Positions 12,108-24,364 of a stretch of 64,000 nt of DNA are shown here, in pieces (position 1 is the first letter of the stretch; every line of letters begins with the position of its first letter). Below the pieces are notes generated by a model. The model was not told the origin of the DNA. It did not search any database and worked only from the letters and a program-made list of their open reading frames with translations. The DNA is from the human T2T-CHM13v2.0 reference genome, Homo sapiens: the NCBI RefSeq assembly GCF_009914755.1, contig NC_060927.1. One strand, 5' to 3'. Position numbers and translations under genes: made by a program.

Positions 12108-13531
12108 ACTTTCACATAAACCTCACAACTTGAATAAAAATCAACACGAAAGGAATCATTTTCCCCGCATCTTCACCAGCATTTAGTGTTGTCACCACTT
12201 GTCACTCTCATAGATGTGCAGCGATATCTCAACGTGGTTTTATTTAGCATTTTCCTTAGAGTTAATGATGTAGAACATCTTTTTGTGTGTTTATCAGTTA
12301 AATGGCTGTCCATGTCTTTTGCCCATTTTCCAAATGGTTTGTCTTTTTTGTTGTTGTTGAGTTTTGCGAGTTCATTATAAATGTTAGATAATAGCCCTGT
12401 TTTGGATATGTGGTTTTCAAATATTTACTCCCAGTCTGCAGCTTGTCTTTTTAGCCTCTTAGCAGAGTCTTTCAGAGAGAAAATTTTTAAATTTTGAAGT
12501 TAAACTAATCAATTTTTCCTTTTATGGCTCATGCATTTGATGCCAAGTCCAAGAACCCTTTGCCTAGACATAGATCCCAATGACTTTTTCCTCTGCTAGT
12601 TTCTAAAAGTTTTATTTTCTAAAAGTGTTACATTAATGTTCATGAGACATTTTGAATGAATTTTGTGCAAGGTGTGAGGTATAGGTTAATTTTTTTTCCT
12701 AACTGTACAATTTGTTGAAAAGTCTATTCTTTCTCTAACTGAATTGCTTTTTTATTTTTGCAAAAAAAAAAAAAAAAAGACCAGTGGGCATATTTGTGTA
12801 GGTCTGTTTCTGGGTTCTCTATTCTGTTGCATTTATCTATGTGTCTATACTTCTGTCAATGACACATGGTCATATAAATATTACAAGTATGTAAGTCTTG
12901 AAACTGGATGATAGACTAATTCCTACCACCTTATTCTTTTTCAAATCTGTTTTAGCTATTCTAGTTCCTGTGCCTTTACATATGAATTTCAGGATAATCT
13001 TGTCTATATCTACTAAAAATTGTTGCTGATATTTTCATAAGAATTATATTAAAACTCTGTATCAACTTGGGAGAACTGACATATTTACTATGATGAATCT
13101 TCTAACCTGTGAGAATATGTCTCTCCATTTATTGAGATCATCTTTGCTTTCTCTCATCAGCATTCTGTAGTTTTCACCATACAAATTCTATACATTTTTT
13201 GATAGATTTTCATGTATTTATTTTTGTGTGTGTGTAAAAGGTGCTGTATTTTTTATTTGGTATCTATCTGTTGATTGCTAATATAAATAAACATAGTTGG
13301 TTTCTATATGCTGGTCTAATATCCTGGGGCCTTTCTGAACTCATCTATTATTTCTAGGATTTTTTAAAAAGATTCCTTAGACTTTTCTAGGTATGACTTA
13401 CAAGGAAGTCACCTGCAAAAAAAAGGCTAGTTTTACTGCTTCCTTTCTAATCTGTATGTCTTTTATTTCCTTTCCTTGGCTCACTGTGCTGGCAAGATCA
13501 ATAATGAAAGTATTAAAAGTATCAGAACTTG

Positions 13532-14326
13532 CGTAGGGGGCATAAAATACTAAAGTGTTTTCCTACTCTCACACACTACTCAACACTTCTCACACCAGAT
13601 TCTCCAACAGACGCTAACTGGGTATCCTAGAATTCAATTCAGTTCACACATTATCTACCCAGAGATATTGTCAGATCCAACAGGTTAGGGGTTCAGTCCC
13701 ACAAGACAGCTCCCACTTTGGATGTCAGTTGTGTACCCCAGGCTGTGAAGTGTGGTTCTGACTGGCCAGCTATAAATCAGGATTCCTACAACCTCCTCTT
13801 CATGTTCAAGAAATTTGGTAGAGTGGCTCACAGGACTCAGGGAAATGCTTTACTTATGCAGATATACAACCAGATGGAAGAGATGGAGAGGACAAGGTAT
13901 GTGGGAAGGAGTGTAGACCTTCCCTCTCTGGGAAGGTGCCCTCTCTACGAGCACCACCCTCCAGGCATCATCACACGTTCTGTAAGCTGGAAGGTCTCCA
14001 AATCCTGTCCTTTTCAGGTGTTTATGAAGCTTCATTTCTTATGCATGATTGATTACAGCATTGGCTACTGATGATCATCCAGACCTTCAGACCCTCTCCC
14101 CTCCCTAGAGTCAGGAGATAAGGCTCAAAGTTCTGATGCTTATACCACATAGTTGGTTCTCCTAGCAACCAGTCCCCATTCTGAGGCTATCTAGGGGCCC
14201 CAGCCACCAGTTATCATATTAGCATTAAAAAACACTCTTATCTCCAGAGATTTCACAAGTTTTAGGAATTGTGCACCCGGAACCAGGGGCAGAGGCCAAA
14301 TATGTTTATTATATCAAAATATCACA
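13532..14326 (-). mobile_element. MER21B-like solo LTR
   Basis: tcagatccaacaggttaggggttcagtcccacaagac, gagtggctcacaggactcaggg, ends atatcaca. Confidence 0.8.
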
Positions 14327-14591
14327 AAAGTATTCGATCTTCCAACACTGTGTTGAATAGTAGCGGTGAGAGTCACCATCTTTGACTTTTTCCCAACCGT
14401 AAAGAAAAGCATTCAGTCTTTCAATGTTAAGTATGTTACTTTTTTGCAGATATTCTTTATCAATTTGAAAACATTCTCTTCCTTTTATAGTGTTCTGTTT
14501 TTATCACAAAGTGGTATTAAATTTCACCACATGCTTTTTCTGTGGGAATTGATATGATCATGTCATTTTTCTTTCTTAGCCTGCTAATGTG

Positions 14592-15053
14592 TATGAAATT
14601 AGATAATTTAAACTTAAAATAAGTCAACTTAAAGCTGTTAGAGCTTTAAATCATTCTGAACCTTGAGAGGTGGCTCTGCAGCCTGAGTCAAGTGGCATGC
14701 AGCTGCAACTTCTGGCTTTTTTCTTGTAAATAATTAAGAAGACCAAGCAGTGCCAGGGACAGGACCCCCTCAGATCATTACCCTTTCTCACAGAGTAATA
14801 AAGTAATCTTCCTTTGAATGTAGCAATCCATAACCAATCAAATTACTGTGGCATGTGCACTGGTCTTGCATGGAAAATGTTGTAATCCTGCTGGAACTTC
14901 TCTGTCCCTGCCTATGTAAATGAAACCTCAACAGCACCAAATTGGGCTGCTGATCCATTTGTGTAGAGTCAGCCGTGACGATCCTCAAGCTCTGCACTAG
15001 GATAAACTCCACATTTAATCGTATTCTTTGAACCTCATTATTTACGGTTGACA
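14592..15053 (+). mobile_element. ERV1 (MER4-group) solo LTR, LTR54-like
   Basis: Starts tatgaaatt, ends ggttgaca; ggcatgcagctgcaacttct, aaccaatcaaat; 4-bp TSD TGTG/TGCG; flanking L1 is contiguous across it. Confidence 0.7.
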
Positions 15054-16249
15054 TGCGGTAGATTCCATTGCTGATTTTCAAATAAACCCTACTTGATCAT
15101 GATGTATACTTCTCTTTATACATTGCTGAATTCAATTTGCTAACATTTTGTTAAGAAATTTTGACATCTCTGTCTATGAAGGATGTTGGTCTGCAGGGTT
15201 TTTCCTACTATTTTCATTTGGGGCAATACAACTTCAAAAATTAAAAAATAAATGAATATTCTTCCTTCATCTGAGAGTGTCTTGATTTCCCTTTCATATT
15301 TGAAAGACATTTTCACTAGACATAGAATTCTAAGTTGACAGTTATTTTCTTTCAGTATGGAAAAAATATGATGCCACTTTTGCCTGCCTGGGAAACATTG
15401 GCTTTATTACTACTGGGCAGGGGAGAAAGTCCTAATTGTCTATAATGCCTCTTCTGGTATCACCCCTGAGTGGAGGAAAAGGTACTTCTCTACTGTTGGT
15501 AGAGGTGAAAATCCAGGCTCCCCATGTGGACTCGTTACCACCCACTGGATATGAGAATTCTGGCTCTCTACTTGGCTTTCTGTAATACCAACCTGACAAG
15601 GAGGCTGGAGTGGCTCATTACATCCCAGTGACGATAGTAGTTTTGGCTCCCACTTGGCCTTTGCTGTTGGAGGTAGGAGTAGGTAGGCCACACGTTTTTC
15701 AATGTGTGTATGTGTGGTGTTTAGCTGGAGTAGTACAGATATTATCTAAAAATTTTCTCTATATTGCTAGACTGCCCCTTTCCCAGTCCTTCACCTACAG
15801 TGAGCAGGCTTTCGCTGTAACCTTTCCTTTTGTCTGTGCCCTCTGTCAGCTAAGGGTTACTAGCTTCTTTAGTTCCAGGGCTGGGATAGCTAAGGCAAAA
15901 ACAACGTCTAGGGAATTCACTACCATATTGTTTCTTGTGTCTCCAGGTCTCTAGCTGATCTGACTTCTCTCCACCTCTCAGAATATTTTTAGTTTTGTCT
16001 TATATACAATATTCAGGATTTTTTACTTGTCCTAAATGAGAGGAAGAGGAAAAAGTACACCTTTTTCCTAGAAGTGAAAGTCCCCTTGTTTTACTTTTTC
16101 AAAAAAACTAAAATCTTTCTCTTGACTGTTATCACAACAGATCCTATCAAAGAAGAGAAATTAAGACCAAAAAAAGTGTAACTGAGGGATAGTAAGAGAA
16201 TATTCACAGCTTTACTTGAGAAGAAAAAAGGAAGGGTTACAAAGTGGGG

Positions 16250-16470
16250 AGGATTAGAGTCAAAAGACTCAAGTTCTAATGGAAAGATGGTCAGCTACTA
16301 GCCTTGCATCTCTAAATATCACTTAAATATTCAGGCAGCCCCATATTTTGTTTTGTTTTGTTTTTTCCTGTAAGATGGGGATGATATCACCGAGGTGCCC
16401 TTCCACAGTTGTGGTCGTATAAGATGAGATAGGAAATGGGATGGTGCTTTGTCAATTTTCAGTCAAGATA
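16250..16470 (+). mobile_element. MIR
   Basis: gagtcaaaagactcaagttctaat...cctgtaagatggggatgata...taagatgagata. Confidence 0.55.
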
Positions 16471-16559
16471 TAAATAAAGGGCATGTTATTGCACTCCGAT
16501 GATAAACTCCCTGCCTACTTCCCACTTGCTCCAACAAAACCCAGTTGTTTCCAGTTTGT

Positions 16560-16845
16560 CCTGTGTTTCAGCATTGATCCAGCAACTATTGATCCATGTG
16601 CACAAACTAGAAATATGGGAGGCATTTTGGATACCTCTGACTCCCCCTATTCCCCACCAGTCAAAATAAGAATATCACAGTCCTGATGTTCTCCTTCCAG
16701 ATAGCTCTCAGATCCATCTGCTTCACTCCATCAGCCCTAGATCCAGCCCCCATTCTCTTTTACCTGTACTGTAATAGTCATCTCCCAAGTTTCCCTGCTT
16801 CCAAACTCATCTCTAAAAAGCAGCTAGATCATCTTTCAAGCACCC
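16560..16845 (+). mobile_element. L2 fragment
   Basis: aaactagaaatatgggaggcattttggatacctc...ctgtaatagtc...gcagctagatcatcttt. Confidence 0.6.
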
Positions 16846-17079
16846 AAAGCATCTCTCCCGAGTCCATTCTAGATTCCCCCGGATCCCTAGAGTTCCCATT
16901 TGGGCTTCCCGTTTCTCAGGAGACTTATCTGTTCATTTATTTAAAAAACTGAAACGGTTTTCTCTTATTTATCCTAAAATAAAATTTTGACCTGAAAGTA
17001 TGATTTTAAAACACTTTAATACCTTTATAGTCAACAAGTAAATAATATTTCATAATAGGAAAATAATTATGTGACATGT

Positions 17080-17500
17080 CATATTGGCATTGCTTCATAA
17101 GGTCAAGGGAAAAGCTGGACATATAAACTAGAGATAGTGTGTTTCACCATAGCCTTATGTACGTATTACTAAAGAATGAAAACATCAGCCATAACTTGCA
17201 AATCTGCATTATGACTCATGAAACAAGTACACTGTATCTCGCCAAGCTATAATTACTGACTAAACCTAAACTTCTTTATCACAAACTCATTCAGCCTCAT
17301 GTGCTCAACCCATACACATAAACTCTGTTCTAGAAACTGCCTAGTTGATCAATTCTGACCCAGATCTACTAGGACCATTTCATGGCTAGTTCTAGCTCCC
17401 AAAACCTTCTCCTACCCTTCTCCAGTTCCTTTTGACATACCCCCCAGTTTCCCTGGTGTTGGTTCACCTTTGCAACAGCAAGCTCATAACATGACTTAGA
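17080..17500 (+). mobile_element. Old ERV1-type LTR fragment (MER110/MER90-like)
   Basis: ctagctcccaaaacc...ccctggtgttggttcacctttgcaacagcaagctcataac resembles U3/R of old ERV1 LTRs. Confidence 0.4.
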
Positions 17501-19329
17501 ATCTAAAAATTGTTCTGATACTCTTTAACGGGTTTTAGCAAAATAAGTGATTAGGATAAACATTGAAAATTTTACACCTAATTTTAACAGTTACTAATAT
17601 TACTTCTAGTTAGAGGAGAAGGACTACAGAGTAGGGAGCAGGGTGTAGAAGCACAGATTACTCTTATTTTTCTGTAAGGACTGAAGTTCAAACAATAAAA
17701 ATGCACTCATACATTTCCTCAGAAATTTTAAAAACACACATTAAATGCTAAATATACATCCTGTCAATTAAAAACTGTAAGAGTAACCTTATAAAAGGAA
17801 AAAAAAGTTTGCTCTCGGGAGATGATTAAATACCCATATTGACTAAATATATTTAAAGTGGTTATGATTCAATGTCAGACTAATATTTTTGCCTCTACTT
17901 TAATTGCTTTTTAAAAAGAAGTATCAGGAGGTTCCAATTAGAAATTTAACTGAAGGCCACTTTGAATCAATATGCTGTGGGAATTAAATGATGCTGTTTT
18001 TATGTTTTCCTTTTTGAAGATATTGGTCATTCTTTTTTTAAATTTTTATCTCTAAGAGTTCAAGGAAAGCTTGGTTTTTATTGGTAAGGCAAGAAATGCA
18101 GCTTCTGACTAAATGTTTATATCTTCAGTGTGGGATGCCCTTCTCCCTTTCTCTCCTCCTGGCATATTTAATCAACAGAATATTCACAGATCTTTTACCT
18201 CCTACAACAGGCCTACTCCAACCCTGCATAATTTCTCCTATCTTAGGGCCTCTGACATTTATCCCGAAAAAGACAACTAAATACTTGATTCTATGTTTTA
18301 CCATATTTCTTTTCTTCCTCCACATCTCACTTTTTATTTTTAGAAAATGCCTCTAATGCAATTTAGTGATCATCACAGTGCCTAGGACATTGCTTGGAAC
18401 TAAATAACTATTTAAAAGAAAAAACAAATATGGTTGATTAGTATAAGCAACTACTTTGCAGAACTTTGAAATGTGACTTCCCATTTCAAAGGTTGTCTTT
18501 CGTATTCCCCAGTCTTCCAACAATCATATTTCACTGACGTCTAACACATATACCTGATTTGAGAATATTCTGAGGCTGAGCTCCTTTATCAAAGTTAATT
18601 GGTAGAAAGTGTCACTCACCAGAAAATTCCATCTAATTGAAAACTGGACTGAAATGGCTAGGCTCAAATGGGGGCTGATCTAAATTTCTCATCAAGCATC
18701 ACTTTAAGGTATCTTAGACAAGACTGCCTTGAGCTGTAAAAAGCTTTGATGCCATCAGCCTTACACCAGGATCAAAATCAATTTTCAACTTTTATTGAAA
18801 GCTTTGTTAATAAGTTTCTCCCCTGTTCGTCACAGTTATGAAAAACCTTTAATATTTTTGTTGCATGGGAATAAAGCTAGGAAGGATGTAAATTTCAGAC
18901 AAATTGGAGGTACATTTTAAAAATATTGTCATCGAGACTGACAACTGCCAAACCTGGAAACCACTTTCTCCCACATCAAACACACCCTGAAGTAATGGTG
19001 AATTCAAATTGATATGCAAGCCTGTGACAGAGGCTATCAGAAGAAACTATTTCTTTTCACCTCTAAAATACAATTCACTAAGCATGACATCCAAATTCCT
19101 ATTGTCATAGGCATTTTCACTGGTTTAGAAGAAGACTGCAGGACGGCTAATGTGTTTTCGTTCTCAGATAAGGCTAATGGGTTTCAGCTCTCTTGCCAGT
19201 TTGATTGCCAAATGCTGCCTGTGACACAGTAAAGAATTTTGAAGTTGCTCATGGACTTTGTGGAGGAGAGTAACACAGTCTATCAGCAACATTTACCAGT
19301 ATGGCAAAGCAGCATTCACTAATGAATCT

Positions 19330-19685
19330 GAGCCCTCTCCCGTTGCTGGACCCATGGAAGACCATTTCCAGAGCCTTCAGTGCAGCTGGACAGGGCCACA
19401 TGACCAGTTCTGTCCCACAGGCTGTGATCAGTGTTGATGTGTGCCGCTTCACAGCCCATATGTGATTTTCTATGCTTCTCATCCCTGAAGCCTTGAGATA
19501 AAGGTGCCATAAGACAGCAGTAGACAATCGTGCTGAGCCACCCCTTGGAGGTGAGCTGTCCTGGAGCATCACCTAGAACCTCCGCAGGCTTTGCAAGGAT
19601 GAGAAATACTCCCAGTTGGTTAAGCCACTGTGATTTTCATATTGTTTGTTATTGCATTATAACCCAACCCACTCTGACTTCTACA
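19330..19685 (+). mobile_element. MLT1I/J-like MaLR LTR
   Basis: catttccagagcc...ggccacatgaccagttct...gttaagccactgtgatttt...tttgttattgca. Confidence 0.7.
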
Positions 19686-20239
19686 CACAGCTCTCAGATG
19701 AGGGACTGGAGACAGGAGTGCCCAGCACTTAGAGGATTACAGATTAATAGTAAGGAACACTGGTTCCTCTTACATTTAAGACACCCACAACATCATGATG
19801 CATTTCCCTCCAATGAGATGGGAATTCTTGTACCCTTGCACAGCTTGCTTTCATTTTGATGACTACTAATTGTGACCTGCACCTTGGCTCTTGCTTGTCT
19901 CCTTTATTCCTTCTCTCCTTCTTTACGTAGACACACAGATGTTCTAGAGCATGCCTGATATATCACACTAATACATTTATTAAGTATCCCTTTGAAAAGC
20001 AAAATGAAACATTACAATTTCTGTGGCTCTTTTAAATGCCTGTGAACACACTAGCACATTACATTTTTAAGTATTTCAGTCAAGGGGTCACTTGGGTTAG
20101 CCTACATTTTGGCAAGTAAATCAACAATTGCTGCCAATTGCATCAGAAAGATTCCTTTACTTTTAGCAGATCTCTACCAGGAGAAAAGGAGCAAATGTAT
20201 TGGCTTATTGGAGCAAATGACCACCACACCTCAGGAACA

Positions 20240-20375
20240 AAAGCTTATACTTTCACATTGCTTACTAGATGCCAGGAAACACTCTATGAGCTTTACTGGT
20301 ATCAATGAATTTAATCCTCCCAACAACCTTAGAGGTCATGGCCACATTTACTCCTATTTTACAGATGAGACAAGT
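20240..20375 (-). mobile_element. MIR
   Basis: tttaatcctcccaacaacctt...ctattttacagatgagacaa. Confidence 0.7.
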
Positions 20376-20425
20376 GTGTGAGTTTACATGCTTACAAAAA
20401 GCACTTATCTTTTATCATCATAAAA

Positions 20426-20605
20426 TAGAGTTTTTAGATAAAACATAGGATAAGCAGTTAATCTTTAGATAAATAATAAAACAGTTTTAGTATATGTGCC
20501 ATATATTGCATGGGACATACTTATTCTAAACTGTTTTTTACATTTATCTGAAATTCAAATTCAGCTGGGTCCCTGTACTCCTATTTGCTAACTCTGGGAA
20601 CTCTA
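20426..20605. mobile_element. MER53 palindromic hAT-type MITE
   Basis: TIRs TAGAGTT/AACTCTA; attgcatgggacatactta...tttatctgaaattcaaatt. Confidence 0.8.
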
Positions 20606-23600
20606 AATTAGAAGCTGGATTTAAAATTTCATCAATTCTCAGTATCTAACTTTATTAAGCAACCAAGCTAAGCTGATTGTACATCTCTATCAAACAAAGT
20701 TAAAGACAAGTTTTTATTAAAATCTCTGAATCTAATCTACTATAAAAATAAAATGCCAAGAAGATTTTTACTACAAAAATTTGCTTTTGCTTTCCTACTA
20801 CCCAGTCTGTGGCAATTGAGAAGGATACAGACATTGAATGTAGATTCTGTCCGTTGTCACATTTTATATCTAAATTGGTGAAAATCCTACCACTCGTGTC
20901 TGTAAGCCATTCACTTTGTTTGGATTGGGGGCTGGGGTTTGCAAGAAAACACAGAATATTCCTTTTTGTTCTTTTTTTTTAAACTTTTATAACATGGGAC
21001 CTGTTAAGACAGAAGCATGAATATTCTAGGTCAGGCAGAGATGAAAGGACATAATAAATAGGAAACACTGCTCTCCCAATGTATCCTGAAGAAGTCCTTG
21101 TCAATCATTTCCAGTAAAGTGAATAAAAAATGCTTACCATGGCAAGAGCATACACTGAGTTTGATGTAGTGGGGACAAATCATAAAATAGGTGTAGGGTG
21201 AGGCCAAATTTTAAAATCTAAGGTACCTTGGAATAATATACTTCCAGAGATTCTCAATAACAGCATTTTAAATTCTTCTTCTCTCTTCCAGGTTCTGTTT
21301 CATGCAGGGCCATGAGTTACTGCCAACAAGTTAATATCTACTCTCGGCTGTTGATTCAACCCAAACACTGTGCATCTCCAATCTCCATCCATCAAGGGCT
21401 TCAAAACAATGTGTTTATCTTTCTACTTGTTGTGAATATTAATAAATTAAGATCTTTAAACTGTCTAGGAAGAAGTAAGAAATAACTGCCAAGAGCTTGG
21501 GTACAGATGAGGTATTTACATACATTAGAGAAGTACCATTAACAGTAAGTAATGGTGCTTTTACATTCTCAGAATGCAGTGCAATAGACTGTCGATTTGT
21601 TTTGGAGGTGTCTGCAGTCATAACACGTATCTCATGCTAAATGGATACTTAGCAATTTTTAATAATTTTAAACTGATGTGCTATTTAATGGTTTGGTGAT
21701 AACGCACAGTTTTATGAAGACGGTTTTTGAATTTGGAATTTTTATTGAACTTGATTAAATTTAATGAGACTGCATCACTTACATTCTACCTTAATTCTTA
21801 ATGTTTATAAAGGTCACAACAACTAATTTTAAAAGTTGTATTTTAGAAAAGCAAATTCTGTCAGTTAATGACTATACAATTTAAACCATAATTCCAAGAT
21901 TTTCTAAAGCTAGCCTACATGTAGTACTGTGGTATGTCTTCATGAGGGGTATTAAAGCGTAAAAGTCTAAGACATATCACTGTTGTGAAGGAAAACAAAT
22001 AGGAGAATTTTATTAACTCCAGATTCTTTTGACTTTGTCTGACTTTTGATTAGAACTAGAGTACGCAAAACTCAGCAGACTATGGTAAAGAGGATTTACG
22101 TCAACTCAACTTCCCAAGAAGTTAAAATTAAAAACATATCTCCCCTAAGTCAATACATCCCGCATTATTTCACTGGTGACTTTAGTCCCAATTTGTTTGA
22201 GGAAACTAAAGGTAAAAGAGAAAACAAATTTGCTTTGAAGGAGTCAAGGCTATGTGGAATAGAAATCTCTGCAAAAATACTTAACCCAGTCTGTAGCCTT
22301 TCCATGAAGCAAAGAAAACGTAAAACAGATTTTGGGGCATTCTGACACGAATTACTAAGATATCACTTATATGCCTGTTTTTAGACTGAGAGGCTCCTCA
22401 ATTCCTTTTTCTTTCTGTCTGCGTCATTTCCATCAGGAACAACTGTTCAACCCTTACTTGTAGATCTTCATAATGATTCTTGACAATACACGTGCAAAAT
22501 TAAAATGGGTCTCTTTGCACTGCTTGCAGTATGGCAAGAGAGTTTACAAGGCAATAATTCTAAATATAAAATAAAAAACAAACACATTACATGATTTTAC
22601 AAATTTAAGGGAATGTGTAGAAGGAGTACTAATCACACTTGGCATGTTTAAAAATACACTTGGTGCTCGTCAGTGCTCAAAGAGTACAGTCATATCGTTT
22701 GAATTATCAATAATAATAAAATCATGGAGGATTGATCGTGAGAGTGTTTTCCTTCATCTTAGCCACAGTAATAAGACCTCTATGCTGCACTTCTTTTATA
22801 ATTAGGCAAAAATCTGACAGAAATCCTGTGAAGGCAGAGGTAGTTATTTCTGTGTATTCTTTAGACTTCCACATTAAGAAACCATGCCCCCTTTTGACAT
22901 GACTATCTCTTTCTTCCCCACACAACAAAACTGAGAACATAAAATTATGGACACAACTGGGCAGCTAAATGCAGACACGCTGACTGCAATAAGGCTCTCA
23001 TCTCACAGAGGAGGAGGCAGTACAGCACTCTGTCTCCAGTAAAACATCTCCTCAAAAACTTCAAACTTTCTTAACATCTACAGAGAAGTCTTAACAGAAA
23101 AGTCAGTAAATTCGCCTGCCACACACCATCTTGTCATTTGACCTTTGATTTCTATAGTTCAGCACTCCCTAATTCCAATAGACAAGATTCAAAGAAATGT
23201 CTGTAATACTTCATCTGCCCGAAGGAAGACAGTGAGATAATATCCACACAAGTCTTGAACTTTTAAAATCCATTCTCACTGATACAGGGGAATATGAACT
23301 GGAAGAAGGATTGAATGCCATGCTTGAGTTTTTACCATCAAATAAAATCTTCAGTGTGTTGTTTGACAATGATATTTACTTTGAGTGTGTTTTAAAAAAT
23401 GACACCTGCTACAAATATCATGGATCTGTATATCCTTGATGTCTCACAGGTCATAAAACAGCAAGGGCAAATATTTTATGAGCTACATTGCATTGTTGTT
23501 TTGTTCCCAGGAAAAGAGGTATTTTCTCAAATACTAAGAGACCAGTCTATTCCTGGGGTCAGCTGAAGCCAGTGTTGACCCTGGACAAACACTGGGAGAG

Positions 23601-23749
23601 AGCTGTTTCCCTACTATGATGATCCCTGGAGCTCAGATGCTGTCTGTGCCCAGACCCTCAAGGCAACCATGGCCAAGGTAGAGAAGGTGAGGACACTGCT
23701 CTTTTTGAGACACATGTGGTTCGGCACACACGTGTACTGTGATAATTGT

Positions 23750-24120
23750 TGCTAATGATGCTGACAGTAGCCAACATTTACCAAGGGATCACTATGCAGT
23801 GAGCACTGTGCACAGTGCCTTATGTGCTGACTCACTGAATCCTCATAATGTCATTTGGAGGTAAGTACTATCAGCAACACTACTTCGCAGATAAGAGGAA
23901 AACAACGGACAGTAATCGTGCTGCACAGCAGCAATCTTGGGAGTTGAACTTGATAAATCCATGCATTTATTAAGCTCAAGTCACCCATATAAGGAGTCAG
24001 ACTTCAGTCAGTCTCAGCTCCACCTTTACTATAACCTTGGCCAAGTTACTTAACCTCACAAAGCCTCAGTTTCTTCATTTGTCACATATGGATGACAGTA
24101 TTACTTGCCTTACAGAAAAG
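23750..24120. mobile_element. Two MIR fragments (minus 23750-23900, plus 23990-24120)
   Basis: ctcactgaatcctcataa...; accttggccaagttacttaacctc...cctcagtttcttcattt. Confidence 0.7.
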
Positions 24121-24314
24121 TCATCTCAAACTTGGAAAGAGGCGATTGAGCTTACTGCATTCCTTCAGTGTAGAGTTCCCACTATTGGCCTGACTTTCTG
24201 TTTACAGGGTTAACTGACAACTCTCAGGAGAGGGAATAATTAGTATGGGCTGTTACAGACCAGGAGGACATCATCCTTTCTGTATCTAACCCAACACTCT
24301 ACCAAATTGCACGT

Positions 24315-24333
24315 ATAGGTATAGGTATAGGTG

Positions 24334-24364
<31 letters not shown>
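24315..24364. repeat. (TATAGG)n/(TA)n microsatellite
   Basis: gtataggtataggtatagg followed by about 13 TA units. Confidence 0.9.

Larger units (their letters stand above)
10458..16085 (-). mobile_element. L1MC/MD-type LINE footprint (3'UTR, ORF2 3' part, ORF1/5' end) fragmented by nested insertions
   Basis: 3'UTR motifs tatataaatggaatcatacaa and attatgaataaagctgct; ORF2-derived minus-strand segments 12160-13500, 14338-14591, 15054-15210; L1M 5'-type sequence 15255-16085. Confidence 0.8.

Noticed and set aside
18620-18733. Minus-strand 114-nt exon (tttttacAG ... CTG|GTGAGT)
   Set aside because: Short pyrimidine tract and stop codons in all three frames; most likely a pseudo-exon
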